Part shown: piece after piece, positions 1-12,141 of the stretch
Position numbering within the stretch: the first letter of the stretch is position 1
Layout: every line of letters starts with the position of its first letter
Assembly (NCBI GenBank): GCA_964016885.1
Contig: OZ024740.1
Location: forward strand, 163,742,001-163,806,000
DNA: 64,000 nt
Direction of reading: 5' to 3'
Origin: Eledone cirrhosa
Lineage: Eukaryota
Translations under genes and position numbers: made by a program
The notes under the pieces: model-generated
Database searches by the model: none
What the model saw: the letters and a program-made list of their open reading frames with translations, nothing else
Told to the model about the DNA's origin: nothing

Positions 1-2918
1 CCGAATGTGCCAATGTGGACATGGACAAACCGCATCGGGTTATCCAGATTGTATCTCGATAGGGTATTCTGCAGGGAACTAGATAAGGCTAGTATAGGTT
101 GTCCACAATTTAAAATAGTCGACTACACAGACCACAAATTTGTGATCTGTGTGATCAACATAGACAGACTTAATAGACAAAGACCTGGTAATTGGAAGCT
201 GAACACGTCTTTCCCGGCGCGCAAAGCCTACAGAGAACGGATTAGCGTATTAGTTAAGCGTGCGTTGACGGGAGCGGTCGTCAACAACAGGTGGTGGTTT
301 GCCCTGAAAAGGGCAATGAAAGTAGAGTCGATTAGGTTCAGCAAAGGAGTAGCGATAGAGGAAAATAGAGTAGAGGGAGAGCTAGTCAGAAAGCTAGAAG
401 AGGCGTTTAGGACAGGCATCACAACCGTCGTGTTTGCGGCGAGATTGGCACTCGACCAATTCTTCAACGCAAAACATGAAGGCTGCGTTGTCAGAGCTAG
501 AGCGCGTGCTCTGAAACACGAGGGGATGAGAGCCGTCCAATGGACCCAGGTGGCAGAGGCGTGACGTGACAACAAAGCCACAATTCGGTCTTTGACCAAA
601 ACGGGTGCGTGTTACTCGAACCCAAGCAGATGTGTGAAGCTTTTCAGCAGCACTTTGCTGAACTGTTCGGGAGCGGCGGCGTCCCGGATCGGGGTATGGA
701 CTTCAGTACATACCTCGATGGACTGCCTCAGCTCTCGACGATGAAATACGGGAAGCGATGGTTAACTGCACGAGGGATAAATCGCCAGATTTGGATGGTC
801 TGCCCTACGAGCTTTATGCATTTATGCCAGACTTGTTCGGTGACCTCTTGGCAGACATCTACTGCAACTGGCAGCAAAACGGGAGCATTCCCACTTTTGT
901 GAGCTGGAGAGCGGTGACGCTGCTGAGAAAAGACCTGAACAAGGGGGATGTTATCGATAACTTCAGGCCCATAACTCTGCTAAACGCAGAGTTCAAGATT
1001 TTGGCCAAGGCGTTAGCAACGAGGTTGGCACTTGTCATTGAGGGTCTGGTGGGAGAGGCTCAGACATGCGCCATTCCGGACAGATCCATACACGATAACC
1101 TCCACCTCATGCGATACATCGTAGAGAGGGTGGTTAATGAACCTGGCACGATAGGGTCGACCATTGGTACCTGGCGGTGGTCCTCGAGGCTGCCGGTTTT
1201 GGACACGTTTCAGGGGTTGGATCGCTGCGATGTACAGCGACATCTGCACATTTGTGAGGGTGAACGGTCACCTGTCGCAGCCGTTCATGCGCTCAGTCCA
1301 CCAGGGTTGTCCCCTCTTGTCCCTCTTGTACGTATTGGCTCTCGAGCCATTACTGCACAAACTGGGGGCGATGAGGGGCATCCCACGTGAACTAGGATGC
1401 GGGAAATCCAAGTCGGCTTGCGCCGACGACGTCACCGTGGTGGTGTCGAGCACCAGACATGTCCAGATGCTCAGCACCGCTCTCAAGGAATACAAAGCGG
1501 TGACAGGAGCAAAGATAAACCAGGAAAAGTCGGTGGGCTTGCAGCTCGGCACCTGGAGAGGCAAGTCCATGCCGTCCGACAGCGTCATGGGGGTGTTGGA
1601 CGGACGGACCGGTTAAATTGCTTGGGGTCTGGTTCGGACCGGACCTCCAGATGGAGATAAAGTGGAGCAAGGTGACGAGCAGGGTGGCCTCCCTCACCCA
1701 GAAATGAGCCGAGAAGAAGCTGTCCCTGAAAGGCCGGGCGGAGGTGCCGAATGCGTACATCGCATCCATCATCTGCTACTGCCTCACCGTCATCCCTTGC
1801 CCCGGCCCAACTCTCACCAAAATGGAGCGCCTCCTCTTCCGCTTTTTGTAGAAGGGACGTGCTCCCATAGTCAGACGATCCATCTGCTGTCAACACCCGT
1901 TGCGTGGAGGACTGGGTATGCCATGGCTGATGATGCGCAAACATGCGCTGAGGCTGCGACATCTCTGGTGCTTCCTTGATGGTGAACAGGTGTGATCGCC
2001 GTTCGCCAGGCACGTTTTCCCACAGTTCGTCTCCTTCACGGAGCTGCAGTCCTGGGTCAGGAAAAGATGGAGAACTTTCAGCTCAGGACCTATGGATAAC
2101 TTCCAGAAATCCCTGGCCTAGCAGTGCTACCGGGGAGCGTTGCCGGTTCGAGATAAGCTCTACAGGCACGGAAGTGCCATCAGCCGAACCTATCTGAGAT
2201 GCGCGCTGAGCGATGAAACCGTCATGCACGCACTCATTCAGGGCCCAAGCATTGCTGACTTGTGGAGCTATGTCGAACAGTTGCTGTCGCGTGTAGGACT
2301 GATCCGGTTATCGACTGAGTCCATTGTGCAGATGGTCTCGCCGTCTTCCTTTGAGGAGGAAGGGCAGGCAGTTTTCATCTACCTGGTGTCCATGGCGAAA
2401 GAGATTGTGTGGTGGACAAGGTTGAAAGGGTTAAAGAAAGACACTTTCCTCTTTGGCGAATCCCTGATTAACTTTTTCAAGTTTCACTTGAAGAGGAAAA
2501 TCACGGTGGAGAGGCAAGTGCTGCCTTCTAGAAAGTTTGTTGAAAGGTGGGTGAATGTAGCGAGAATGGTCCGAGTGAACGGGACTGCTCTGAATATACA
2601 CTTGTAGTTTGAGGAATGGGAAAAAATTGAGAGAGGACGCTTGCCCTGGTGGTGGTCAAGGTGGCTGTGGTCTTTTGTGTGTTTTTTGCCACGAGTAACC
2701 CTCGGAGGTTTCTCCCCTATTGGGGAATTTTTCATTGTTTGAATTTTCATTTTTATTGTTTATATATATATATATGTTTCTATGTCTTTTTTCTTTTTCG
2801 TTTCTTATATAAATAATAAAAATCTGGACAAGCACAAAACCCACATCGTACCGTCCTGTGCCGTCTGTAATGTTTTTCTTGATGTCAGCCCTTGTGGCCA
2901 ATAAAGAAATCATTATTA
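1..2918 (+). mobile_element. Tx1/L1-clade non-LTR retrotransposon, degenerate ORF2 (APE C-terminus, RT, zf-RVT) plus 3' UTR; 5' part outside the window
   Basis: Frameshifted ORFs give YLDRVF..TDH and GNWKLNTS (end of APE), SPDLDGLPYELY, NFRPITLLNAEFKILAKALATRL, QGCPL and CADD (RT), and DETVMHAL (Zn knuckle). The 3' end is AATAAAGAAATCATTATTA. GC-rich relative to the flanks. Confidence 0.9.
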
Positions 2919-2919
2919 T

Positions 2920-3269
2920 ATGCTTTGACGCATAGAGTTACGACCCTTGCCATTTCTGAGTTCACATCCCGCTGAGGTTAACTTTGCCTTTCATCCTTAC
3001 GGGGTCGATAAAATAAAGTACCAGTAATGTACTGGATAATTGCTGGCCTTGTGCCAATAGTAGAAACGGTGGATTGGCAGTATCGGTAGAGAGTCGGACG
3101 CTATCCTTTCCAGCATAGTTACGTCCCTTTACGGTCTGAGTTCGAATCCCGTCGAGGTTAACTTTGCTTTTCATCCTTACGGGGTCGATAAAATAAAGTA
3201 CCAGTAATACACTGGGATAATTGCTGGCCTTGTGCCAAAAGTAGAAACAATTATTATTATTATTATTAT
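2920..3269 (+). mobile_element. Two tandem copies of tRNA-head SINE family 1 ending in an (ATT)n tail
   Basis: A-box-like TGGCAGTATCGG, B-box GTTCGAATCC, conserved body TTTGCCTTTCATCCTTACGGGGTCGATAAAATAAAGTACCAG, tail GGCCTTGTGCCAAAAGTAGAAACAATT(ATT)n. Confidence 0.85.
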
Positions 3270-3528
3270 TGTTCTTTGAGTGTCAGTCATTGATGTTATT
3301 TAACTGGAAAGTTTGTTGAAATGAATATCAAGCCACTACCTGCAGCCTCAGATATTCAGGATGTATCGGAGGGTTCTTGCTGTTCCCAGCAAGCATGCCT
3401 TTTGAAGTGTTCCAAAAAGCGGGGCTGGACTAATTTTCTTTAACCATCATTGGAAACTCTTTGAGATAGTACCAAGTGCACCTATGATAATCAGGACCAC
3501 TTTGACTTCATGGCAGTTCCAAATATTA
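3270..3528 (-). mobile_element. R4/Dong-clade retrotransposon 3' fragment
   Basis: Close copy of 4059-4310, encoding the IGALG..LQKACLLGTARTLR C-terminus. Its 3' end abuts (TAA)n. Confidence 0.85.
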
Positions 3529-3949
3529 TTCGGTGATGCCCTGATTAACTTTTTCAAATTTCATTTGAAAAGGAAAATCAGGGTAGAGAGGGAAGTGCTC
3601 TCTTCCCAGCATTTTGTTGAAAGATGGGTGAGAGAAGCAAGTATGGCCCGAGTGAATGGGCCTACTCTGAGTATGTGTCTGTAAATTAAAGGTGGAAAAC
3701 TGGGAGAGGGCACTTGCCATGGTGGTCAGGGTCACTGTGGCCTTTTAATGGGCTTTCTCCACAAATGTCCCTCGGAAGTCTCCCCTCTATTGGGGAATTT
3801 TTCATTGTTATTTTTTATTACATCCTCTGTTTTTTTACATGCAGAAATACCCATTTGTACCGTCCTGTATTGTCCTGTACTGTTCTTAATGTCTACTTTA
3901 TGTAAACCCTTGTGGTTAATAAAGAAATCATTATTATTATTATTATTAT
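3529..3949 (+). mobile_element. Second Tx1/L1-like 3' fragment
   Basis: Encodes FGDALINFFKFHLKRKIRVERE..VNGPTL, homologous to 2450-2607, with the same 3' UTR and AATAAAGAAATC(ATT)n end. Confidence 0.85.
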
Positions 3950-4058
3950 TTGCCTTTCATCCTTCCGGGGTCGATAGAATAAAGTACCAGTAATGCATTG
4001 GGTATTTGCTGGCCTTGTGCCAAAAGTAGAAACAATTATTATTATTATTATTATTATT

Positions 4059-5735
4059 GTTCTTTGAGTCTCAGTCATTGATGTTATTTAGCTGGAAAGT
4101 TTGTTGAAATGAATATCAAGCCACTACCTGCAACCTCAGATATTCAGGATGTATCGGAGGGTTCTTGCTGTTCCCAGCAAGCATGCCTTTTGAAGTGTTC
4201 CAAAAAGCGGGGCGGGGCCAATTTTCTTTAACCATCCTTGGAAACTCTTTGAGATAGTACCTAGGGCACCTATGACAATCGGGACCACTTTGACCTCATG
4301 GCAGTTCCAAATACTTTTTACCTCCCACTTTAAGTCTTGGTATTGGTTAATTTTCTCCCTCTCCTTCTCTTGCACTCTCGTGTCGAATGGGCAGGCTACA
4401 TCCACAATCAGGCACGATTTTTTTCCCTTGTCCAAAACCACCAGGTCAGGTCTATTGTGTTCCAGTTTCTTGTCCGTCTGTATCCTAAAATCCCACAGCA
4501 CCTTCACCTGATCGTTTTCCATCACCGACTCTGGCTTATGCTCATACCACTTCTCAGAATGTGGTAAATTGTTTATTTTGCATAGGTGCCAGTGGATCAC
4601 CCTGCCCATCACATCATGTCTCCAGCCTTTATAGTGAGTCTGGGCTAGGTGTTTACACTCAGATACAATGTGAGCCACAGTCTCCTCTCTCTCTCCACAG
4701 CTCCTACACAGTGGGATAGCCTCCTCCTTGTAAATATGGTGTTTCAGCCACTTCGTTCTGAGGGCCTACTCTTGTGCAGCCATTAGCATTCCTTCTGTAG
4801 CCTTTTTAAGGACTCCTCTTCTCAACCAGTTTCATGTCTGTGGATCTCTAAATTCAGTTTTCTCAAAGAAGGCACTATGAAGGGATTTTTCATGAAGGTT
4901 GCTCTTTCTCCTTGTTATTTCCTCCTTGGACATCCTCTGGTCTATTGTCCTCTCCTTCAGTACAATTCTAAGCATTGGCTCCCTACTATCAGTCACGTAT
5001 TTGTGTAGGTTGTTTTTCTCCATCTGAACACAGTCCTCTATGCTGATAAGACCTCTTCCACCTTCAGATCTCCTTAAGTAGAGTCTATCGACATCACTCC
5101 TTTTGTGGAACATGTTGTAGATAGTCAATAGCTTCCTAGTCTTTCTATCCATTTCTTTTTGTTCAGCAACATTCCATCTCAGAATTCCTGCACTGTACCT
5201 AATAATTGTTTCTACTTTAGGCACAAGGCCAGCAATTACCCAGTGCATTACTGGTACTTTATTTTATCGACCCCGTAAGGATGAAAGGCAAAGTCAACCT
5301 CGGCGGGATTTGAACTCAGATCGTAAAGGTACATAACTATGCTAGAAAGCATGGCATCCGACCCTCTACCGATACTGCCAATCCACCGCCCTGTACCTAA
5401 TAATAGACACAGCTCGGGAATTTACTGCACTTATGACATTCCTACTGTTCAGATGTGACTTTAATACGCTCCTTACTCTCCGAATGTATTCAGATCTTAT
5501 CAATTCCTTCATTTTTTTGTTCTTGATGTCATCAGACTCCAGAACACCTAAATATGTGTATCCCTCTTCAGTATCAATTTCCTTTATCATCTCACCTGTT
5601 GGTACCTGTTCCTCACCACATTTGCTATTGCTTTGAGGATATTGTTGCACTGGTGAAGGTTTCTCGCCTCAAGGTATGGGATGACTTTGTTTACCTTAGC
5701 TGTTGTTTCTTTTCATTTTTTCCTGTCTATAAATC

Positions 5736-5738
<3 letters not shown>
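4059..5738 (-). mobile_element. R4/Dong-clade non-LTR retrotransposon with restriction-like endonuclease, internally deleted, flanked by (TAA)n on both sides
   Basis: YTYLGVLE (end of RT), DVDRLYL..GGRGL, CRSC..ETVAHIVSEC (CCHC), RHD, LWDF..NRPDLVV..VDVACP (PD-D RLE). 5605-5738 translates as an N-terminal-like piece (IDRKK*KETTAKVNKVI), so most of the RT appears deleted. Confidence 0.88.
5207..5390 (-). mobile_element. Full-length SINE family 1 inserted in the Dong element with a 14-bp TSD
   Basis: CTGTACCTAATAAT at both 5193-5206 and 5391-5404; A/B boxes present. Other family-1 copies are at about 3950-4058, 9290-9508, 9575-9735, 17660-17845, 18295-18478, 20740-20918, 23018-23232, 38528-38715, 46518-47170, 53265-53448, 54725-55048 and 63865-64000. 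Confidence 0.92.
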
Positions 5739-5767
<29 letters not shown>

Positions 5768-5768
<1 letters not shown>

Positions 5769-5864
5769 ATTGTTTCTACGTTAGGCACAAGGCCAGCAAT
5801 TACCCAGTGCAGTACCAGTAATGCACTGGGTATTTGCTGGCCTTGTGCCTAACGTAGAAACAAT
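5768..5864. repeat. Inverted repeat made of two head-to-head SINE-1 tails, flanked by (TTA)n
   Basis: AATTGTTTCTACGTTAGGCACAAGGCCAGCAATTACCCAGTGCA, about 10 nt of spacer, then TGCACTGGGTATTTGCTGGCCTTGTGCCTAACGTAGAAACAATT (one mismatch). Confidence 0.9.
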
Positions 5865-6164
5865 TATTATTATTATTATTATTATGTTCATGGTCAAGAC
5901 GAATAATTCCAATTCATTGCTCATTGTCAACATCCATATGTATTAGTATATATATATATATATATATATATATGCAGAAAACTGATGATGTATTTTTATA
6001 AATGCAAATGAGTGTGTGTGTGTGTCAGCATTATTAACCCTAAAATCTGAAGACTGCCAACTTACTCCTGTCCTAATATGCCATCCCTCTTGTTGTCTCA
6101 TCCGACAGGATGGAGAAGACATTGCCTCGGAGTAACAACAATAATTAGTGCCTGAATGAGCCAC

Positions 6165-6420
6165 CTTCATCATCATCATTATCATCTTTTAACGTCCATC
6201 TTCTACGCTAGCATGGTTTAGACGGGTTTGTCCCATTTAGAGGCAAATTGGGTCGGGTGACCGTGTCTTGCCCATATAGAACTGTTTCTGGCTGGTTTTC
6301 TACACCAACCACATTTACAGTATGTGCCGGGTGCTTTTTACCGTGTCTTTTACATGACCACTTTACAGTGTGAGCTGGCTGCTTTTTGTCATGACACCTA
6401 CACAACCACTTTATACTGTT
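6165..6420 (-). mobile_element. RTE-3'-tail-derived short element with an (ATG)n tail
   Basis: Matches the 3' UTR of the RTE LINEs at 30889 and 44276 (TTTAACGTCC...GCATGGGTT...CACCAACCACATTTACAG). Further copies lie near 7475-7780, 17120-17400, 24470-25060, 25458-25665, 39233-39520, 39695-39925, 48255-48545 and 54500-54720. Confidence 0.75.
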
Positions 6421-6511
6421 GTTGTTTAATGTCGGATCAACCCTGATATAACAAACCTCTTATAAAAACCATTCCAGCCATGATTATTCCATCATATTTT
6501 CAGGCTGGACG

Positions 6512-6512
<1 letters not shown>

Positions 6513-6542
<30 letters not shown>

Positions 6543-6546
6543 CTTT

Positions 6547-6579
<33 letters not shown>

Positions 6580-6872
6580 TTCTTCTCCTTCTCCTTCTCC
6601 TCCTCCTCCTCCTCCCCCTCCTACTTCGTGGAGGCAGAGTCCTCAAACATTCCTTCCAGTGGGTCCTGTCAGAAACAACCGTCTCCAACTGATTCAACTG
6701 GATCCCTATGCATGACCAGCCAAGCTCATGGATGTTATCCAACCATCATGCTCGGGGTCTACCCCTGGGTCTCCTTCTGGCTGGTTTTGCTTGTAATATC
6801 TGTCCAGTGATTCTTTCCTGAGACATTCTAAGCACATGTCCATAGTATTGGAGCTGTGATCTCTCAATTCCC
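6513..6872 (-). mobile_element. RTE (Expander/Rex3-like) 3' fragment with an expanded (GAA)n/(GGA)n tail
   Basis: Homologous to the 3' part of 19309-20100 and to fragments at about 57105-57240 (+) and 58650-58945 (-). 6513-6625 is a (CTT)n/(CCT)n microsatellite. Confidence 0.75.
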
Positions 6873-9800
6873 ATTTTAAGATAGTTGATTATGATTTGAG
6901 AAAGATTTGATTCGTACTTCTGGCATATTGAGGGATCATATACAAGCTTGCTTGCTGACTTGTATAATTAGCTGTTATTGTCTAGTCTCAATTCAGCCAT
7001 GACAAGCTGAGTATGCATGACCTGAAACTCCAGCAAATAATCTTTGGTAAACACAATGACAACTCTGTATATGTTTCAGTCCTATTAAACCTCCTCAGCA
7101 AAGCAAGGTCATTCACACGTATGTCAAATCTATAAGGAGAAAGTAATATTTCATATGTGGAACCTCATAGAGTATGTACATACAACAGGTATGGCAACAC
7201 AACATGAAGCCCAAGGGAAATAACCCAGATTTGTTAAGTTAGTAACGAACGATTTAATGCATTGTTCCAACCAATAAATCCACAATATTATAAATGGAAA
7301 CCAATCAGAGATTCCCAATATGGAGCTCATTAACTAGCAGTGGTTCTGACAATGGGTCCAATATATGAAAATACCATATATCAATTCAACATCCAAATTG
7401 ATCATACTAACATTTTCTACTGTTCATCTTGATATTAACACCATACCAAGATGTCCAATCTGCTGTCAAATACCTTTACCTCGTAAGGTGGTAGTGCTGG
7501 TGCTATGACAAGTACTCAGTTCACCCTCTAAGTTGATAGTGCTGGTCCTATGACAAAAAGTATCCAGTTCACCTTGAAAGGTGGTAGTGCTGGTGCCATG
7601 ACAAAAAGGACCTAGGTCACCCTTAAGGTGGTCATAATGGAGCCACAACAAAAAGCACCCACTCCAACCTGTATGATAGTCATGCCGGTGTCACAGAAAT
7701 AGCTCCCAGGACCCACTGTAAAGTGGTTGGCATTAGGGAGGGTATCCATACAAGCATGGAAAATAGACATAAAACAATGAGTAAGAGGAGGAAGATGATG
7801 ATCATATGTTGTCTTAAAATCAATGCAGATAAGACACTGGTGTCTTGGCCTCTGAAATAATTCTTATTATAGTCACTGGTGAGAATGTGGAGGAAGTCAA
7901 TCATTTTAGTTATCTTGACACTACTCTCACTGCCACAGACAGAGTAAAGATGAGATAGATGTGTGGGCCATTGTCTTTAAAGCTAACTTTGGTCTATATA
8001 GGAGATCCATCATCCAAGAATTCTTTCATATCATCTTGCTATATGGCTGTGAGACATGGCCACTGAAAATGGTAGACTTACAAAAACTGGAAGCATTTGG
8101 CCACTTTTGCCTTTCTTGAACTCTGTGTTCACACTTTGTATTTTGTGAGAAGCTCTGAAGTTTGTCATTGCTGCTGGAGTAATTCCCATCAGCATATTGA
8201 TATTTATAAACAAAAATACACAAAGTCTGTTCATGTGATAAACCCTATTCAAATACATACACACAAACACACATACTCATATATGTGTGTGAGTTTGTAT
8301 ACAATGATCCTAACTGCTGATGGGACGCGGTCAACCATCCAAAATATTTTTATATTAACATTATATTAAGTCTTAACATGAAACAAGGTATGTTAATTCA
8401 AATGTTTATAATATCTTTACTAGTGGACAAATCGTTATGAAAGTTTGCAGTATTAGAGTAAAGACTCTAATTTTTAATGTGATGTAGTCAGGGTGCATTT
8501 TTGTGCTTAAAGAATGTTTTGGTAATGCAGTTTCATGCAATACAGGTTATTAAAAATTAAAATCCTGTAGTCTTGTAAAAGAACTATTATTTAAAAGTGA
8601 AAAATATTAGTTTTTAATTAGTCACTTAGCACCAGGTTAATGCATATTAACTCTCAAGCCAATGGGGAGGGGGCTTCTATATAGTGAATCGACTTGTTAT
8701 AAATAACTGCCAAATCTCCCTCAAATTACACCCTGCCATCTTAAAAACAAGCACATATTAGATAGTGTGGTGCTAGATATACAATGTCTAAAGAACCGCC
8801 AACAAGGAAACTTCTACTTTGTTGTTTGACATGCTAGAAATAGCAGTTGAATCTCCCTTAAATTGCATCCAGCCATCTTAATAAATGTAAAATTCATAGT
8901 ACACCTAGAAGTACATTATCCTATGTCTGGAACTAATGAATGGTTGTGGCTGGAGTGTCTTTAATTATAAGTCTTTTCAATCTGGAGCTGACCAGGGCTA
9001 AACAACAAGATGGAGTTGTCATGTCTGAAAGAACTTTGAACATAAGTTTATTTGATCAGGTCTGGCAAGGGCTAAACACCATATTGATTCAAGTCAATGT
9101 CACTCCAGACTCTATTAAATTCATGAAATGAAAATGCATCATCAGCTCAATTTGGTTGCTTATCACTACTGATAACTTTGTTTTCATGTAATGTTATACT
9201 AGTGGAACAGTGCCATCAATAATGATGGCAATAGCGTTGAATGTATTTAATTTTTAGAGTCCAAGATTCGTACACCATATACTAATAATAATGGTTTCTA
9301 GTTTAGGCACAAGGCCAGCAATTTGGGGGGAGGGGAAAGTTAATTAAATTGAGCCTGTGTATGACTGGTACTTTATTTTATCAACCCCGTAAGGATGAAA
9401 GGCAAAGTTAACATCGGCGGGATTTGAACTCAGATCATAAAGGGCTGTAACTCTATGCTGCAAAGCATAGCGTCTGACCCTCTACCGATACTGCTAATTC
9501 ACTGCCCTTATATAATAATAATAATAATGAAAATTATTGTGTACAGTACTCAGCATGTATAGTACATAGAATATTTGTTTCTACTTTTGGCATAAGGCCA
9601 GCAATTATCCCAGTGCATTACTGGTGCTTTATTTTATCGACCCCGTAAGGATAAAAGGCAAAGTTAACCTCGGCAGGATTTGAACTCAGACCATAAAGGG
9701 GCGTAACTCTATGCTGCAAGCATGGCGTCCAACCTTCTTCTGTAATGTACAAATGTCAGGAAAGTGAACTGTGAATGAGTCATGTTATACACACAGACAC

Positions 9801-10417
9801 ATGTGTGTGTGTGTGTGTGGAGGGGGAATATCAGGTGTATATACCAGGATTACTGGATATATGTACTTCTGTGTACTATGAATTCTACATCTGGGAATTT
9901 TGTGTTTTGATAAATTTATGGTTTGCATAAAAGAAATGCTATAGTTTATGTTGATTACTGACACCTGAAAGTGATTAAAGATAAAAATGTTATTTTGATA
10001 GTTTACTTCTAGGTTATAATTACATGCATGTATGTACATACGACATACAAGATAATGAGTAATTTTGGAGAAATAACTATTTACATGGATAAATATAGGG
10101 TTATATAATGCAGGGCAGTGTGATTGGAAAACAAACTTCTTATAGTAGCAACATTACTAATAAAGCAAATGCATTGTGTGTATGTTTGTGTAAATTTATA
10201 AGCAAATATAAAAAATTTATTGCATATTATTATGGTTGGTGTAAAACAGTCAAACTGGCAGAAACTAACCTTCTCCAGATCATTGACTTTGTGCAAAAAT
10301 TGTTGGTATAAGAAATGACAGAATTAAAATGGCTCTACTGCGTATTGCAGACATAGCTCATTATGATTTTATCATTACGCAATGGGACTTACACAAATCT
10401 GTCAAAGTTCTTTAAAG

Positions 10418-10590
10418 CAGAAGTCGCCAACCAGTGGTCTGTGGTCCACTGGTGGTCCTTCAGAAAATTTTAGTGGTTGCAGAAAAATTTTAATGTATTT
10501 ATCTTTTTAAAAAAATTCATATTAATGGTCTGCGGGATTTTAAATTATGAATTTAGTCATCTGTGAGGTCTGAAAGTTTGGTGACCACTG
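10418..10590. mobile_element. hAT-type MITE with an 8-bp TSD
   Basis: CTTTAAAG at both 10410-10417 and 10591-10598. Ends CAGAAGTCGCCAA / TTGGTGACCACTG are imperfect TIRs. Confidence 0.8.
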
Positions 10591-11385
10591 CTTTAAAGTA
10601 TATCCTGAAATTATACTTTGAATGCCAGTTTGCTATTCAAAATCTATCTCTAGACCTAGTGGTTTTTAAACTTAACCTATTTTTTATGGACAAACCTCGC
10701 TACATTAATTTTAATAAGACATTTTTGTTTCTTTTTAGAGAGTGAATGTAATTATCATAAAATAAAACCTATAATACATTTCTATTAGATCTTATTAAAA
10801 GACAGCTTTTGGAATAGATACATCATATCCCTACATGTCATAAGTAGCCACCTAGAGGGGGTTAATGTCAGGAAGTGCATCCGTTGTAAGAGTCAAAAAG
10901 TCCTGTCCAACCAACGTGAGCATAGAAAAGTAAACATAGAATTTGACACTGATATAATGATGGTGGTGATGATAGTTGTAGAGGCGGTAGTGATGACCCG
11001 ATACACAAAACCCCAGATTTGTTGTTTTTGTTTGTTTTTTTAATGTTTTTTTGTTCAAAACTTACTTTGGTTAACAGTGCAATAGATAAGTTATCAGCTG
11101 CATGTTTTTAATTTAATTTAAACATCCATATAGAGCTAGGAAGCCTTGATAAGCTAGAAGAAATATCTAATAATCCTTATAAATCAAAAACAAAAACAAG
11201 AGAGAGACAGAGAGAGAAAAAAAGAGGAAAAAAGAGGCATTAATATGTAACTTCTTAAAACCAAATGTTAATTGCCATATCTTATGAAATAAAACAAGAA
11301 CAAGATTATGTGTATATCTTAGTCAAGTTTTCACAAAATCCCAGAGCATAACTCAACTGAAACTATCTTCCAGCACTAACTTTAA

Positions 11386-11648
11386 CCCATTAGCGTTTAC
11401 ATTACTCTATATATACTATTGTATTTTTCTGGTAAAGGCTTTATCTCACATAATTATCTCATAATATCGAATCTATAAGATTTTGATGTTATTTATTTTG
11501 AGAACAATACTTTAACATCAATATGAGTAGTTAGTTACGGTTGGTTTGAACAGAAAGAAGTGAGAGAATTCTGGCCAGATATGGCCGGTTTGAACAGAAA
11601 GAGGTAAGAGAATTCTGGCCAGATCCGGCTGGTTTAAATGCTAAAGGG
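11386..11648 (+). mobile_element. piggyBac-type MITE (TTAA TSD)
   Basis: TTAA-CCCATTAGCGTTTA...TAAATGCTAAAGGG-TTAA, with an internal ~40-bp duplication. Other copies: 18750-18936 (partial), 26732-26944, 28668-28886, 34650-34871. Confidence 0.85.
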
Positions 11649-12141
11649 TTAAAGCTGCAAATGGCACAGAAACATAAAGAATTGTAAAAGGGTTGAAACT
11701 TAAGAAAACATTGTTTCTGTTGTTGTTGGTTTAGCCTCAGATCAGGTGTCATCAAAGGTATTCCAGGCATGAGCTTCTGTCCTTTTTTTTTTTTTAGTAT
11801 TGCAAAACTAGGACTCAATTATCTGTTTTTATTTTTTGAAAATACAGTGTTATTAGGGGGCTGCTTTTTCTAGTAAGTTAAACAACCTATTAAAGATTCT
11901 TTAGTTTTTCTTATATGGTTGAATGGTTTAGAAATTCACTTGACAGGTATAATGTTCTGAATTCAATCCCACTACATAGCATCATGCAGTATTTTACCAT
12001 AGCCTCAAGTCAATTCAAGCCCTGTGAGTGAAATTGGGTAGATGGAAACCATATAGAGAAACTCATCAGATGGACTGTAGCTGTAATTCAAACAGTAAAC
12101 CTTTTAGGATTATAAATTTATAGCTAACACCTTAATATTAA

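Noticed and set aside
5207-5390. tRNA genes suggested by A/B boxes
   Set aside because: They are heads of dispersed SINEs with body, tail and TSDs; no complete cloverleaf is evident.
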